NCBI RefSeq assembly: GCF_018977255.1
Contig: NW_024704743.1
Location: 11,162,001-11,226,000 of the forward strand
Direction of reading: 5' to 3'
DNA length: 64,000 nucleotides
Source: Callorhinchus milii
Taxonomy: Eukaryota
The first letter of the stretch is position 1; every line of letters begins with the position of its first letter. Below the pieces are notes generated by a model that was not told the DNA's origin, searched no databases, and was given only the letters and a program-made list of their open reading frames with translations. Positions 24,401 to 36,400 of this stretch are shown here, piece by piece. The translations under genes and the position numbers were made by a program.

Positions 24401-27400
24401 AGAGGAGTTCAGAGGACTCCAAGGCAGCGGTTAGGGATTGAGTGGGTAACTTCTTCCAGGGGCGGTAGAAGATGGTGGTGGGTCTGGTGGAGGTGGGGAG
24501 GGGGGTGGAGGTGGTGAAGGAGATGAAGTGGTGGTCGGAGACGACCTTGTCGGTGATAGTGACATCCGAGACACTGAGACCCCGGGTGATCACCAAGTCG
24601 AGTGGGTGGCCGTGACTGTGAGTGGGGGAGTTGATGTGGGAGAGGTTGAGCGAGGAGAGCAGGGAAGAGAAATCTGAGGAGATGGAGCAGGAGGGGGTGA
24701 AGTGCAGGTTAAAGTCGCCCAGGATGATTAGGTGATCAAAGCAGAGGCAGAGAGATGTGAGAAGTGTCGAAATATCAGAGATAAAGGTGGGAGAGGTTTT
24801 AGGGGGCCGGTAGAGGAGGAGGATTTTAAGTGAGAGGAAGGAGGGGTGGGAGAGGGTGAGGTGCTCAAAAGAGGGGAAAGAGCCAGAGGAGTAGGGGGAT
24901 AGGGCAAGTGGTGTCCTTGAGATAAGGGCAACACCACCGCCACGGCGGTTGGGGCGGGGGATGTGGTGGGAGGTGTAGCCGGGTGGTGTGGCCTCCGTGA
25001 GGGGGAAGGTGTCACCTGGGGTGAGCCAGGTTTCCGTTAAGGCCATGATATCAACGTTCTCATCAAGGATGAGATCGTTGATGACCAGGGCCTTGTTACA
25101 GAGGGTGCGGACGTTTTGTAGTCCGATGTGGATGGAGCGTTTGACAGAAGGGTGTGTGGGGAGGGAGGGGTGTCCAGGTTGTGAGGCAGGGGTGGGGGGA
25201 ATGGGGATAAGGGAGGAGAGGTTGGCTCCCTGGGTCTGTGTCCGGGGTGGCTGGTGAGTGTGGTGGGGAATGGGGCAGTCGGTGTGGCTGCTGCTGGACA
25301 GCCAACGCCGAGTGCCACGGTGAGCCCGGCGGAGGATTCCCAGGCTGGAACAGAGGGAGGTTGTGGGAGGGTCAAGTGGGGATAGAAGGCGAGAGGGACG
25401 GAGAGAGAGGAGGAGAGAGCGGGAGAGATGCAGAGGGGGGAGGGTTTGGGGGTAGAGAGGAGGGAGGAGGGGGTGAGGGGGCTCGGGTCATAGCGGCAGC
25501 CATATTGCGTACGCGGGGACCGGGAGCGAGCGGTCAGGTGGATGGAAACATCCCATAGGCTGGGGCAGCCAACCTAACAAGACCATGGTGGGCTCTGATG
25601 TGAGCCCTGGGGGGGGGGCGCAGATGATTATTTTTTTTTGTTGCGCACGCACACTTCTGAAAAGTACAACTATGACGTCAGCGGTTCCCCCGCTCCGCCC
25701 CCACACGTTCCCTCCTCAGCCCCACACCCCGCACACTGGCTGCACTCCCTGCTGCGTCGAGTTTAAATACCTGAGAGGTAGGCCCAGCTCCTCCCCGCGC
25801 TGTCCTGGCGCGGGGAGGAGCTGGGCCTACCTCTCAGGTATTTAAACAATCAGTTAAGCCAGGCTGACATGCAAATCATCTGAAGTCATAAAAGTACTTT
25901 ATTTTAATCTGTATCAATACAATGCAGCCTGCTAAAATGGGCTTCTTATAGCTGAAATTTGGTTGTAACATGGTTGCACTGTGGACCCCATTCACTGCAC
26001 ATTTGAGCAGCTGATCCCTTCACCTAATGGTCCAGAAATTGGCTTCTTTAGCCTAAATAAATGCCCGAACGCCACTTTTTCCTTTGTACGTGCAGAACAA
26101 ATGGGGAAATAATGTCAGGGGCAACCTGACAATCCAGAAGTTGGTCATTTTTTTTAGCATGGGTCTGGCTGATGTATAGGGAGCGAGCTGGCTGCACAGA
26201 TGCTCAGTGAAAGCATCAACTCTGAGGAACTCTATTCAACTCTCTCACTCCTCCCCGCTTTTAAGGTGTGCTTCTCAAAATGTCCTTCTTTGATGGTGCT
26301 ATCAACAACAAAAGAATTACATTTGTATAGCGCCTTTCATGTCGGGAGGACGTCCCAAGGCGCTTTCAGTCATCTTTCCCCTCCTCGGCTTTTATACTGA
26401 GCTTGGATTTCCTGTGAGATTTGTCAAGCTCTCAGAGGACGTCCTCTCAAAGTGAAAGGCGCTAAATAAGTGTAAATTGTATTGAAACTGGCTATTGTAT
26501 TTCTCTACGTACAAGTTTGGATTTTGTGAATTCCAACCACTGAGTTATAATGATACTTCACTATAGCTAGTTTAAGTGTATATGATTTAAATTTTAAAAT
26601 GAACGTAATCTTCAAAGGAGTGAACAAAATTTCATAATTTGAGTACTAATTTAATAGTTGGTACTTGAGTATGCCAGAAGTTTTGCAGAAATCTGACCAC
26701 GTTTCAAAATATTTTTCCTGCAAGGTGAAACATTTGAAAAGAATCGCAGAAATGCCTGATATTGTGAAAGTTCTCCGTAAACTGCCTCGAATTAAGATGC
26801 ATTTATTGAGCAGCGATAACATGAGGTGAGTCTTTGATGTTTGAAACCTAAAATTTGTGTATTAGACAAATGCAGATAAGTGCATTACCATATTTTGAAG
26901 AGTTTTGCTGAGGTTAATGGTAACCTTAGCCAGTTTGTCACTGTACAAATAATTCAGTAGTCTTTAATCAAACTGCTTCCTGTGCTGGGGGAAAAAAAGC
27001 GTTTTTCTTCTCCCTACTGTCTGGACTTTTCACTTCCCAGCTTTCATCTAGTACTTGGCAGTGTGAATTTGATAACTATTTTCTTGCTTATAATCTGGGC
27101 CAAGAGAAAAGCGCGGAAATGTTTATTTAAAATTGTGGGGAGATTTGATCTTTTGCGGAGAATTGTGGGGGGTGATGATAATGAGGTACATTTTACTGCC
27201 AACCTACATTTTTTCACTTTATTGATTAAAATCTAAACATAAGGAAATAAAACATTGCAAAAATATATTAATTACTACTTTAACAAACTGGGTGGTCCTT
27301 TTTTTGTGTGTGGGGGGGTGTGTGCACCGCACACAGACCCAGAGACGAGAGAGTGAGACACTCACAGACACCGAGAGAGAGACACATTCTCACAGAGAGA

Positions 27401-30400
27401 GAGAGAGAGACACACACACTTGTAGACCGAGAGATATACACAGACAGAGGAGAGAGACACATACACATTCACACACACTCAGAAACATACGTATAGAAGG
27501 TCTCACACGCAGACACTCACAAATCTATGTACAGAGGAGAGACACACAAAAACTCATAAACAGACACATACATAGGGGATAGACACTCACAAACACATAT
27601 AACAGCAACAAAATTACATTTGTATAGCACCTTTCACGTTGGGAGGAAGTACCAAGGCGCTGGACAGATAGAGTTATGGACCATAGCTGAGGGTCGGGGT
27701 GGGGAAGGGTGGAGGGCAGGGGGGGAAGCAGGGAGATCGAAATCATGGTCGAAGAGGAGGGTCTTGAGATGGGTTTTGAAGGTGATGAGGGAGGGAGCGA
27801 GATGGAGGGACTGCGGAATGGAGTTCCAGAGGGTGGATGCAGAGTGTCGGAAGGCCCGCCCGCCTATAGTAGGGCAAGCAAGGCGGGGGATGTGAAGCGG
27901 GCCCACTGAGTGGAGGAAGCGAACAGGGTGGTAGGGGGTTAGGAGGTCGGAGAGGTGTGGGGGGAGCAAGACCGTGGTGGGCTTTAAAGGTGAGGACCAG
28001 GATCTTGAACTGTACCCTCTGAGTGAATGGGAAGCCAATGGAGTTGGGCAAGGATGGGAGTGATAGGGTCACAGAGTCCGATGCGGGAGATGACCAGGCT
28101 GCAGAATTCTGCAGCCTGTGGAGGGAGGAGCTGGGGAGACTGACAAGCAGTGAGTTTGCATAGTCGAGCCTCGATGTAATGAAGGAGTGTGTGAGGGTTT
28201 CGGCGGCGTGCGGTGTGAGACAATATTAGAGCCGGGCAATGTTGCAGAGGTGGGGGAAGGCAGAGTGGCTCATGGCACAGATGTGGGGTAGAAAAGATAA
28301 TTGAGGGTCAATCAAGACCCCATGGTTCCGGACTGGCTTAGCAAGGTGGAGTGTGCAACCATGGATGGTGATGCTGTCAGTGCCTGAGGTGAGGAGGCGC
28401 CTGCGGGAGCCAATCAGGAGAGCCTCGGTCTTGTTGAAGTTTAACTGAAGAACGTTAGGTCTCATCCAGGACTTGAAGTCTGACAGGATGTCTGTCAGAC
28501 ACAGAGAGAGAAACATATACATAATATAAATAATAATATAATCATCCTTGCATTTGATATAGTGCTTTTCATGTCTTCTAGATGTCTCAAAGCACTTCAC
28601 AGAATATACAACAACAAGATTCCATTTATAGAGCGCCTTTCACGTCGGGAAGAGGTCCCAAGGCACTGTAGAGTTGGGTCAGGACCCGAGCAGGGGGGAA
28701 ATGGTCAGGTTGAGCGGAGGGAAGGGAGGGAGCGAGGAAGGGGTAGAGAGTCGAGAGGGGAGCTGAAGGCCCGGTCAAAGAGAAAGGTCTTGAGACCGGC
28801 CTTGAAGGAGGAAAGGGAGGAAGCAAGGCGAAGGCACTGGGGGATAGAGTTCCAGAGCCTAGGGGCTGAGAGGCTGAAGGCCCAGCCACCGATGGTAGGG
28901 CGGTTGGGGCGGGGGATGTGGAGCAGACCGGAGCCAGAGGAACGGAGGGTACGGGCAGGTAGGTAGGGGGATAGTAGGTCGGAGAGGTAGGAGGGAGCAA
29001 GGCCGTGAATGGCCTTGTAGGTGAGGATGAGGATCTTGAATTCGATCCTCTGGGGAATGGGGAGCCAGTGCCAGCGAGCGAGGGTGGGAGTGATGTGGTC
29101 CCGAAGCCTGGTGCGGGACAGTGCACGAGCTGCAGAGTTCTGAATGACCTGCAGCTTGTGGAGGGAGGTGCCGGGAAGGCCGGCGAGGAGAGAGTTCCCA
29201 TAGTCCAACCTTGAGGTGATAAAGGCATGGACCAGAGTTTCAGCAGCGTGAGGGGTGAGGTAATGCCGTAGTCTGGCGACATTCCGGAAGTGATGGAAAG
29301 TGGTGCCAGTTGTGGCGCGGATATGAGATAGAAAGGACAGCTCAGGGTCGAACAGAACACCGAGGTTCCTGTCTGGCTTTGACAGGTGGAGAGTGTAGCC
29401 TTGGATGCTGATGCTGTCAGCGCCTGAGGTGCGGAGGCGCTGACGCGAGCCAATCAGGAGGGCCTCAGTTTTACGCACATTGAGCTGAAGAAAGTTGTCT
29501 CTCGTCCAGAACTCGATGTCGGACAGGCAAGCTGTCAGGACATCGGTGGTCGTGGAGTTGAGGGTAGAGGAGGAAAGGTAGAGTTGGGTGTGATCCGCAT
29601 ACATGTGGAAGTTAACCTCATGTCTGCGGATGATGTGACCGAGGTGGAGCATATAGAGGGTGAAGAGGAGGGGACCGAGGACAGAGCCCTGAGGGACACC
29701 GCACGAGACAGTGCGGGGACTGGAGGAAAAGCCATTCGTGGAAACAAAGTGAAGACGGTGGGAGAGGTACGACCTAAACCACTCAAGGACAGGGCCTTGA
29801 AGGTTTAGGTGGGAGGACAAGCGGTGGAGGAGGATAGCATGGTCGACCATATTGAATGCTGCAGATAGGTCAAGGAGGACGAGGAGGCAAAGGGAGCCCT
29901 GGTCACAGATGGTCAGGATGTCATTGGTGACCTTGACCAGGGCAGTTTCTGTGCTATGGGCAGCACGGAAACCCGACTGAAGGGATTCGAATAATGAATG
30001 GGTGGAGAGGAAAGAGCGCAGCTGGGAGGCGACAACTCGTTTCAGGACCTTGGACAGGAAGGGGAGGTTGGAGATGGGCCGGTAGCTTGATAGTAAATTG
30101 TATATTTGTGGGCGAAACGCGGCAGCCAATTGCGCACAGCAGTGTCCCACAAATAGTTGTGGATTGAGTGACCAAATTATTTTTTTTGAAGGATTATAGT
30201 CCCCGGAAAAGCCAATCGACTAACAGCCAGGTTCCTACTCACTGCTAGGTAAACAGTGGCTTGTGGTGTAAGGAAAGTTGTCCAACATTTCACCCTGCCG
30301 GGAATCAAACCCAGGTCTCTTGCTTGCGTGGCGAGTGCTCTAACCATTGAGCTACAGGACTCCACAAACAACATCAATAAGATTACATTTGTATAGCGCC

Positions 30401-33400
30401 TTTCACGTCAGGAGGACGTCCTAAGACGCTGGACAGAGTACAGCATTTCAGACCCGAGCTGGGGTCGGGAGGGGAAGGGGAGTGGCCAATGGCATGGTCG
30501 AAGAGGACACATAGAGAGAGACACACACAGACGTTCACAATCACACAAACAATCGCAAAAGCAGGGCCTCCGAGTGAAGCAAGTTACAATGGCCTGCTTG
30601 AGCCACATGCTCGTCTAGAGCTGCTCTGCCTACAGTGACTTTGAGTAACCAGTGAGCAGCCCATGGGCCAGAAACTCGGTTTGTAGCGGAGGGAGGTGTT
30701 TATAGCAGATTCCGCAGAAAAAGTGCACCCATACTTTTCTATTGGCCCAGCTTATAATGCTTGCTTTTCTCCTAGGCTGAAGGTGCTCATTAATGCAGTT
30801 CTACGGGTGCCAGAAATCTTCTGGTACCTTGTCCAAGGGCCAGTTCTTCATATGTAAGGACAGATGGTGAATGCTAAGTAGCATATTTCACAAAGGGAGA
30901 TTTTCAAGCAAGAATTAAAAGTTTATAGAACATTGTTTTGTGTCTAGAAACATAATTGAACAGTTCAGTCTGAGAGTTGATGATGTAAGCTGATCATTCT
31001 TTCTGATCATTCTCAACAACAACTTGCATTTATATAGCCATTCACGCTGGGTAGTGTACCTTCCAGGGAATGTGAGACCAGAGATCAGGTTTGAAAATAT
31101 TTTTTGACTTAGATTGTGTATCTAAGTCAAATTGGGATGTCCTCCCGACATGAAAGGCGCTCTATAAATGGAATCTTGTTGTTGTTGTATCTGATCCCAG
31201 GATGTAAACCTCGTCAAGAAAGTGCACTATCTCTTAATTTGTATATTATAGTAAATAACACTTGCATTTGATATAGTGCCTTATGTCATTGAGACATCTC
31301 AAAGCACTTCACAAGGTTTACTACAAAGTTTAGTGTTGTATTTGCAGGCAAACACGACAGCCAATTTGTGCAAACCAATGTCCCACAAACAGCCATGACC
31401 TACATTATTTGAACATTGTTGACTAGGACACCAGGGAAAACTCCCTTTTTTCAAAACGTTCCATGGAATCTTTAGTGTGCACCTGAGCAGGCAGACAAGA
31501 CCATGGTTTAGCCTTCCCTAGCAAAGGATGTTGTATCTGACATCAATTAGATTGCTGTAGTTTCATTATTTCTGCTTTTTCCTGACAGATGTGCAGTGAA
31601 TGCCACTCCGCTGTTAATTCCAGAAGTGGCAAAGGAAGTTGAAAAGTTTATAAGAACGGTTCCTGGACTTGCGACAAAGAAAAAGGACAAGAAGCTCCTC
31701 AGGTCAAACATTAGAGAGGTACTAAGTTCATTTGCAATGTTTGATGGTGGGCTAAATTCCTCCTTGCCCATGCCCAACATTTATTTGTGACTATTTGTGA
31801 TAATTAATTTGATAAAATCTATTTGTATAATTGTATTTGATTCATGTTTTAATTCATGTACTGTATACAGGCCATTGAAACTTGCTTCTTTATCATGTTA
31901 ATTTGGTTAGAATACACCCATTCACTAAGATGTGTGCAGCTGGCTTGCTTCTCACATGCTAGCCAGCTTTCACAATAAAATTGATAAGTAGGTCATCACT
32001 GATGTCATCCTGTTTGCTGCTCAAAGCAGCAAGCAAGATCAGTGGCAACCTGATGCCCTGAAATCAGCATCAGACTAGACAAGCATCCAGGGAGCAAGCC
32101 AACAATTTATATGCACAGCTATCATTTTTATAAATCCCAATCACTACATCATAGTGAAGCTCAATAGTATTTAGATACCCCTGGTATTTCGGAAGTGAGG
32201 TGACTTGTCATTGAATTGGATCCTAAAATAATGAATAGAGGTAAAGAGTAGCCTTCCAAATCTATCTGAGCTTTTACTGTATTCACACTAATGAAACCCA
32301 AGGTACTGGTTTAATTATCGTTAGAAATTCACCTCTTGTGATCAATCCCAGATATATATATATGTCATGACTTTTGCTGTTACTCTGTAGTGTATTGAAG
32401 ATTTAATCCAAAGTTTAAGTAGGAAGTTGAGCTGGGGGAAAAAAAACTCATACTAATTATTTTTAGGGAATCCAATGTATTTTTAGGGTTTGAAGGAGAT
32501 GGAGAAGATTTGGGGCACATAGGTGGCTAATGCTCAAGATTCAATTAATTTATTATTTAACATTACATCTGGCTCTTTATTATGAAATCCTCAATCGTAT
32601 ATCAATTATATACAAGGAAAGCCTACTAAGGCAGAATTAATATTGAGTTCTATAGTAATGAATTGTTGCCATATTAAAGAAGTTGGGAAACACCTGGAGT
32701 GTTAAACATCAAGACTTCATTGTTGAGCTGCAAGTGGCTGACTGATCACTGCTTGTGCAGTGTACTACACCTCGAAACTCTGGAATACTCTCCCTCAATC
32801 CCTCCGTCTTGCCCCCTTCATTTTTTTTTTCAAGTCCCGCCTGAAAACTTTCCTCTTCAACTGTGCTTACGGCCAACCCCCAAACTCGCCCCCTCCAACC
32901 CCCTGGCTCAGAGTCAGGCTCTAGCACTATTAAGCACTCTGAGACGATACCCTGGGTGGAGGGCTCTATATAAGTCCAAGTTGTTGTACTTTGTATCATT
33001 TCCATAAATCGTGAACTACTGCCTCCTAATATCTGTGGTTTAAATGAATAGGGGAATGGATGTTGTACTTTCCAATACATAGAAACTGCAGTTTCTACGT
33101 ATTAGTTATTTATAAAATTTATATTGAGTACTTAAAAGTACTGTATCTTTGAAATATCACAACATTAGACTTGTGCAGGTATTTTCAAATTATTGTCATT
33201 GTTTGCTAAATATGAATGATTAAATGCTAATAACTGTAGACCTGCTCCAATGTTTCCAGAGGCCACTCAATCCCGAAGAAACTGGAGATGAGCCAGGCTC
33301 AAAGGCAATCAAGAACTTAGTTTTTGTAAGTAATTTATATTCACATTCAAAAGGTACAATAACTAAAAGAAAATCTGAACATACTGCTCTTATCTTCAAA

Positions 33401-36400
33401 AGTAAACATGATCTATAAATAAATGCATGTTGTTGTTTACTTTGTATAATTTAATGGTTTAAAGAACAGGTAATCTGTCTTTGTTCCTCATCCTGTAGTG
33501 TAGTGGAGTCCCGCACTGTCTCGTGCAGTGTCCCTCAGGGCTCTGTCCTCGGTCCCCTCCTCTTCACCCTCTATATGCTCCCCCTCGGTGACATCATCCG
33601 CAGACATGGGGTTAACTTCCACATGTATACGGATGACACCCAACTCTACCTTTCCTCCTCTACCCTCAACTCCACGACCCCCGATGTCCTGACAGCCTGC
33701 CTGTCCGACATTGAGTCCTGGACGAGAGACAACTTTCTTCAGCTCAACGTGCGCAAAACTGAGGCCCTCCTGATTGGCTCGCGTCAGCGCCTCCGCACCT
33801 CAGGCGCTGACAGCATCAGCATCCAAGGCTGCACTCTCCACCTCTCAAAGCCGGTCAGGAGCTTCGGTCTTCTGTTCGACCCTGAGCTGTCCTTTCTTCC
33901 TCATATCCGCGCCACAACTGGCACCGCCTTCCACCACCTCCGGAACATCGCCAGACTATGGCACTACCTCACCCCTCACTCTGCTAAAATTCTGGTCCAC
34001 GCCTTTATCACTTCAAGGCTGAACTATGGGAACTCTCCTCGCCGGCCTTCCCGGCACCTCCCTCCACAAGCTGCAGGTCATTCAGAACTCTGCAGCTCGT
34101 GTACTGTCCCGCACCAGGCTTCGCGACCACATCACTCCCACCCTCGCTCACCTCCACTGGCTCCCCATCCTCCAGAGGATCGAATTCAAGATTCTCATCC
34201 TCACCTACAAGGCCATTCATGGCCTTGCACCCTCCTACCTCTCCGACCTACTATCCTCCTACTTACCTGCCCGTACCCTCCGTTCCTCTGGCTCCGGTCT
34301 GCTGCACATCCCCCGCCCCAACCGCCCTACCATCGGTGGCCGGGCCTTCAGCCCCTAGGCTCTGAAACTCCAACCCCCAGTGGTTCGCCTTGCTTCCTCC
34401 CTTTCCTCCTTCAAGGCCGGTCTCAAGACCTTTCTCTTTGACCGTGCCTTCAGCTCCCCTCTCGACTCTCTACCCCCTCATCGCACACTTCCTTCCCTCC
34501 CCTCACCCTGACTATTTCCCCCCTGCTCGGGTCCCGACCCAACTGTCCAGCGCCTTGGGATGTCCTCCCAACACGAAAGGTGCTCTATAAATGCAGTCTT
34601 GTTGTTGTTGTAGCTCAGTGGTTAGAGTACCTGCAAACGAGAGACTTGGGTTGATCCCGGCAGGGCAAAACGTTGGGCAAGTTTCTCACTCCACACGTCT
34701 CTGTTTACCTAGCAGTAAGTAAGAATCTGGTGGTTTGTCGATTGGTGGATTGCTTTTCTGGGGGTAATAATTCCTTCAAAAATAATAATAAATTGGTCAC
34801 GTCAATCTACCACTGTTTGTGAGACACTGTTGTGCGTAATTGGCTGTCACGTTTCACCCACAAAATATGGTCAATTCACTACAGTATATTCTGTGAAGTG
34901 CTTTGAGATGTCTCAAAGACCCGAGAAGGTGCTATATCAAATGCAAGGATTATTATTCTCTTTGAGACGTGGGTAAACATAGATAAGAGTTTTGACTTTC
35001 AAGTTTTGGTTGACAAAACAGCTTATAAAAAGAACTGAGTCAGGTTGTTCCTCTTGTCAGTCAGTATATGTTGACCTGTGTGGCCCAGTCCAAACTGACT
35101 CAATACATTTTCTGCAAGTGCAAAAAATCTTTTGAAAAAAAATGTTGAGGGGGAAATTATTTGAAGTCTTGCTACCAAATTTATAAAATCCATCGCACTT
35201 GTCTCAACATGTCCCTTCAAACGTTTTTTTCTCTCGCCGGCTTCTCAGCTCCCCTATTAACAGGGTTCAAATTATTCTGAACTGCTGCTGGTATCCTCAC
35301 CTATACTAGACTCCGCATTCCCATCTTCCTAGTGCTTGCTGGGCTCCACTGGATCCCTGCTGAAGAACAAATCAATTTCAAGATACTCACTCTGCTTTCA
35401 AATCTCTTCACTCACTGGTATGTCTCTACCTCTCGGATCTGCTCACACCCCACTCCTCTACCACCCGCCTTCATTCAGCTGGTAGGGGACTGCTGCATGT
35501 TCCTTGTCCCCTCCACTCCACAATTGGTGGCTGGGTTTCCGCCACTATGCCCTGAATCTGTGGACCTCCTTGCTTCAATTCTGCAGTCTTGCCCCCTCTT
35601 TACCCATCTTCAAATCGTACCTAAGGACTTTCCTTTTCAACCATGGCTTCGGTCACCTCTCTCTCTTCCCCTGAGCCCCCATTTTCCAGCCATTGTTTAA
35701 TGTTTTGTGATGCTACCCTAGTGAAGGGTGCTATATAAATGCAAGTTTTTGTTATCAACAAATATGTTAGAGGAGACTTATATTTTTAAACTCATACTTT
35801 CTACCCTCCGTGCTGCACCAGAGAGTGCTTTGTGTCATGTGGGAAGGTAACGGTTTTGATAACAAGGAAGCATAGATATTGTCAGATGTGCAATAATTTC
35901 AAAAGCATTATTAGTCCAGTATTTTGTGCTTGACTAGGAACCTGTTGTCTACTTTACATATCTTATTACTAGTGATTTTGTCCTCGCTACAGAAAGGTTT
36001 AAATTATAAGTTACTTTTAGGTGTATAATAAAGAATAACTGAAGCTTGAAATGCACAATTATCTTGAGGTTAATGTCTATTCCAGAGTAAATGTTTTAAT
36101 GCTTTTATTATTGTAATGTTTAAATATTTTCTAAAGTAATTTCAGACTTATTATACATTGATTCACCATTATAAGACTGATGTAGATATGTATAACAAAA
36201 TATTCAGAAATTAAGGTTCTGTTCAGATGTTGAACAAATCGACACACTAGAGAAAGCTTCATTACAGTCATGTCTCTTTCTTCCCTTTCATTTTAAGGAT
36301 CCAAGCTTCAAAGCTTGTCAGATGAAAACCCATTTCCAATTTCCCTTCCCCGTGAATTATGTGAGTGAGTGCATTCGCACAGTTCCCTACGTAAATCAGG

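Larger units (their letters stand above)
22161..25847 (-). mobile_element. Apparently full-length single-ORF L2-clade LINE (APE endonuclease + RT), defective
   Basis: EN motifs (LQNVRTL, ALTETWL, GGGVAL, YRPP, LGDFN, LDLV, SDH) and RT motifs ([33 protein letters not shown]). L2 C-terminus (LHWLP, RAFS..APRLWN), 3' stem-loop and (TTG)n tail. Frameshifts near 24035 and 23080. AACAA occurs at both ends inside an older SINE head. Confidence 0.95.

Noticed and set aside
25535..25560. CAGGTGGATGGAAACATCCCATAGGC resembles the Deu-SINE segment near 10168-10193
   Set aside because: Only about 25 nt, antisense to the L2, and the flanks do not align; cannot be separated from chance.
25540..25605. Hammerhead-like words GAAAC and CTGATGTGA, and an HDV-like look of CCCAGCTCCTC nearby
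   Set aside because: The core is not CUGANGA, stem III cannot form, and no HDV pseudoknot topology could be built.
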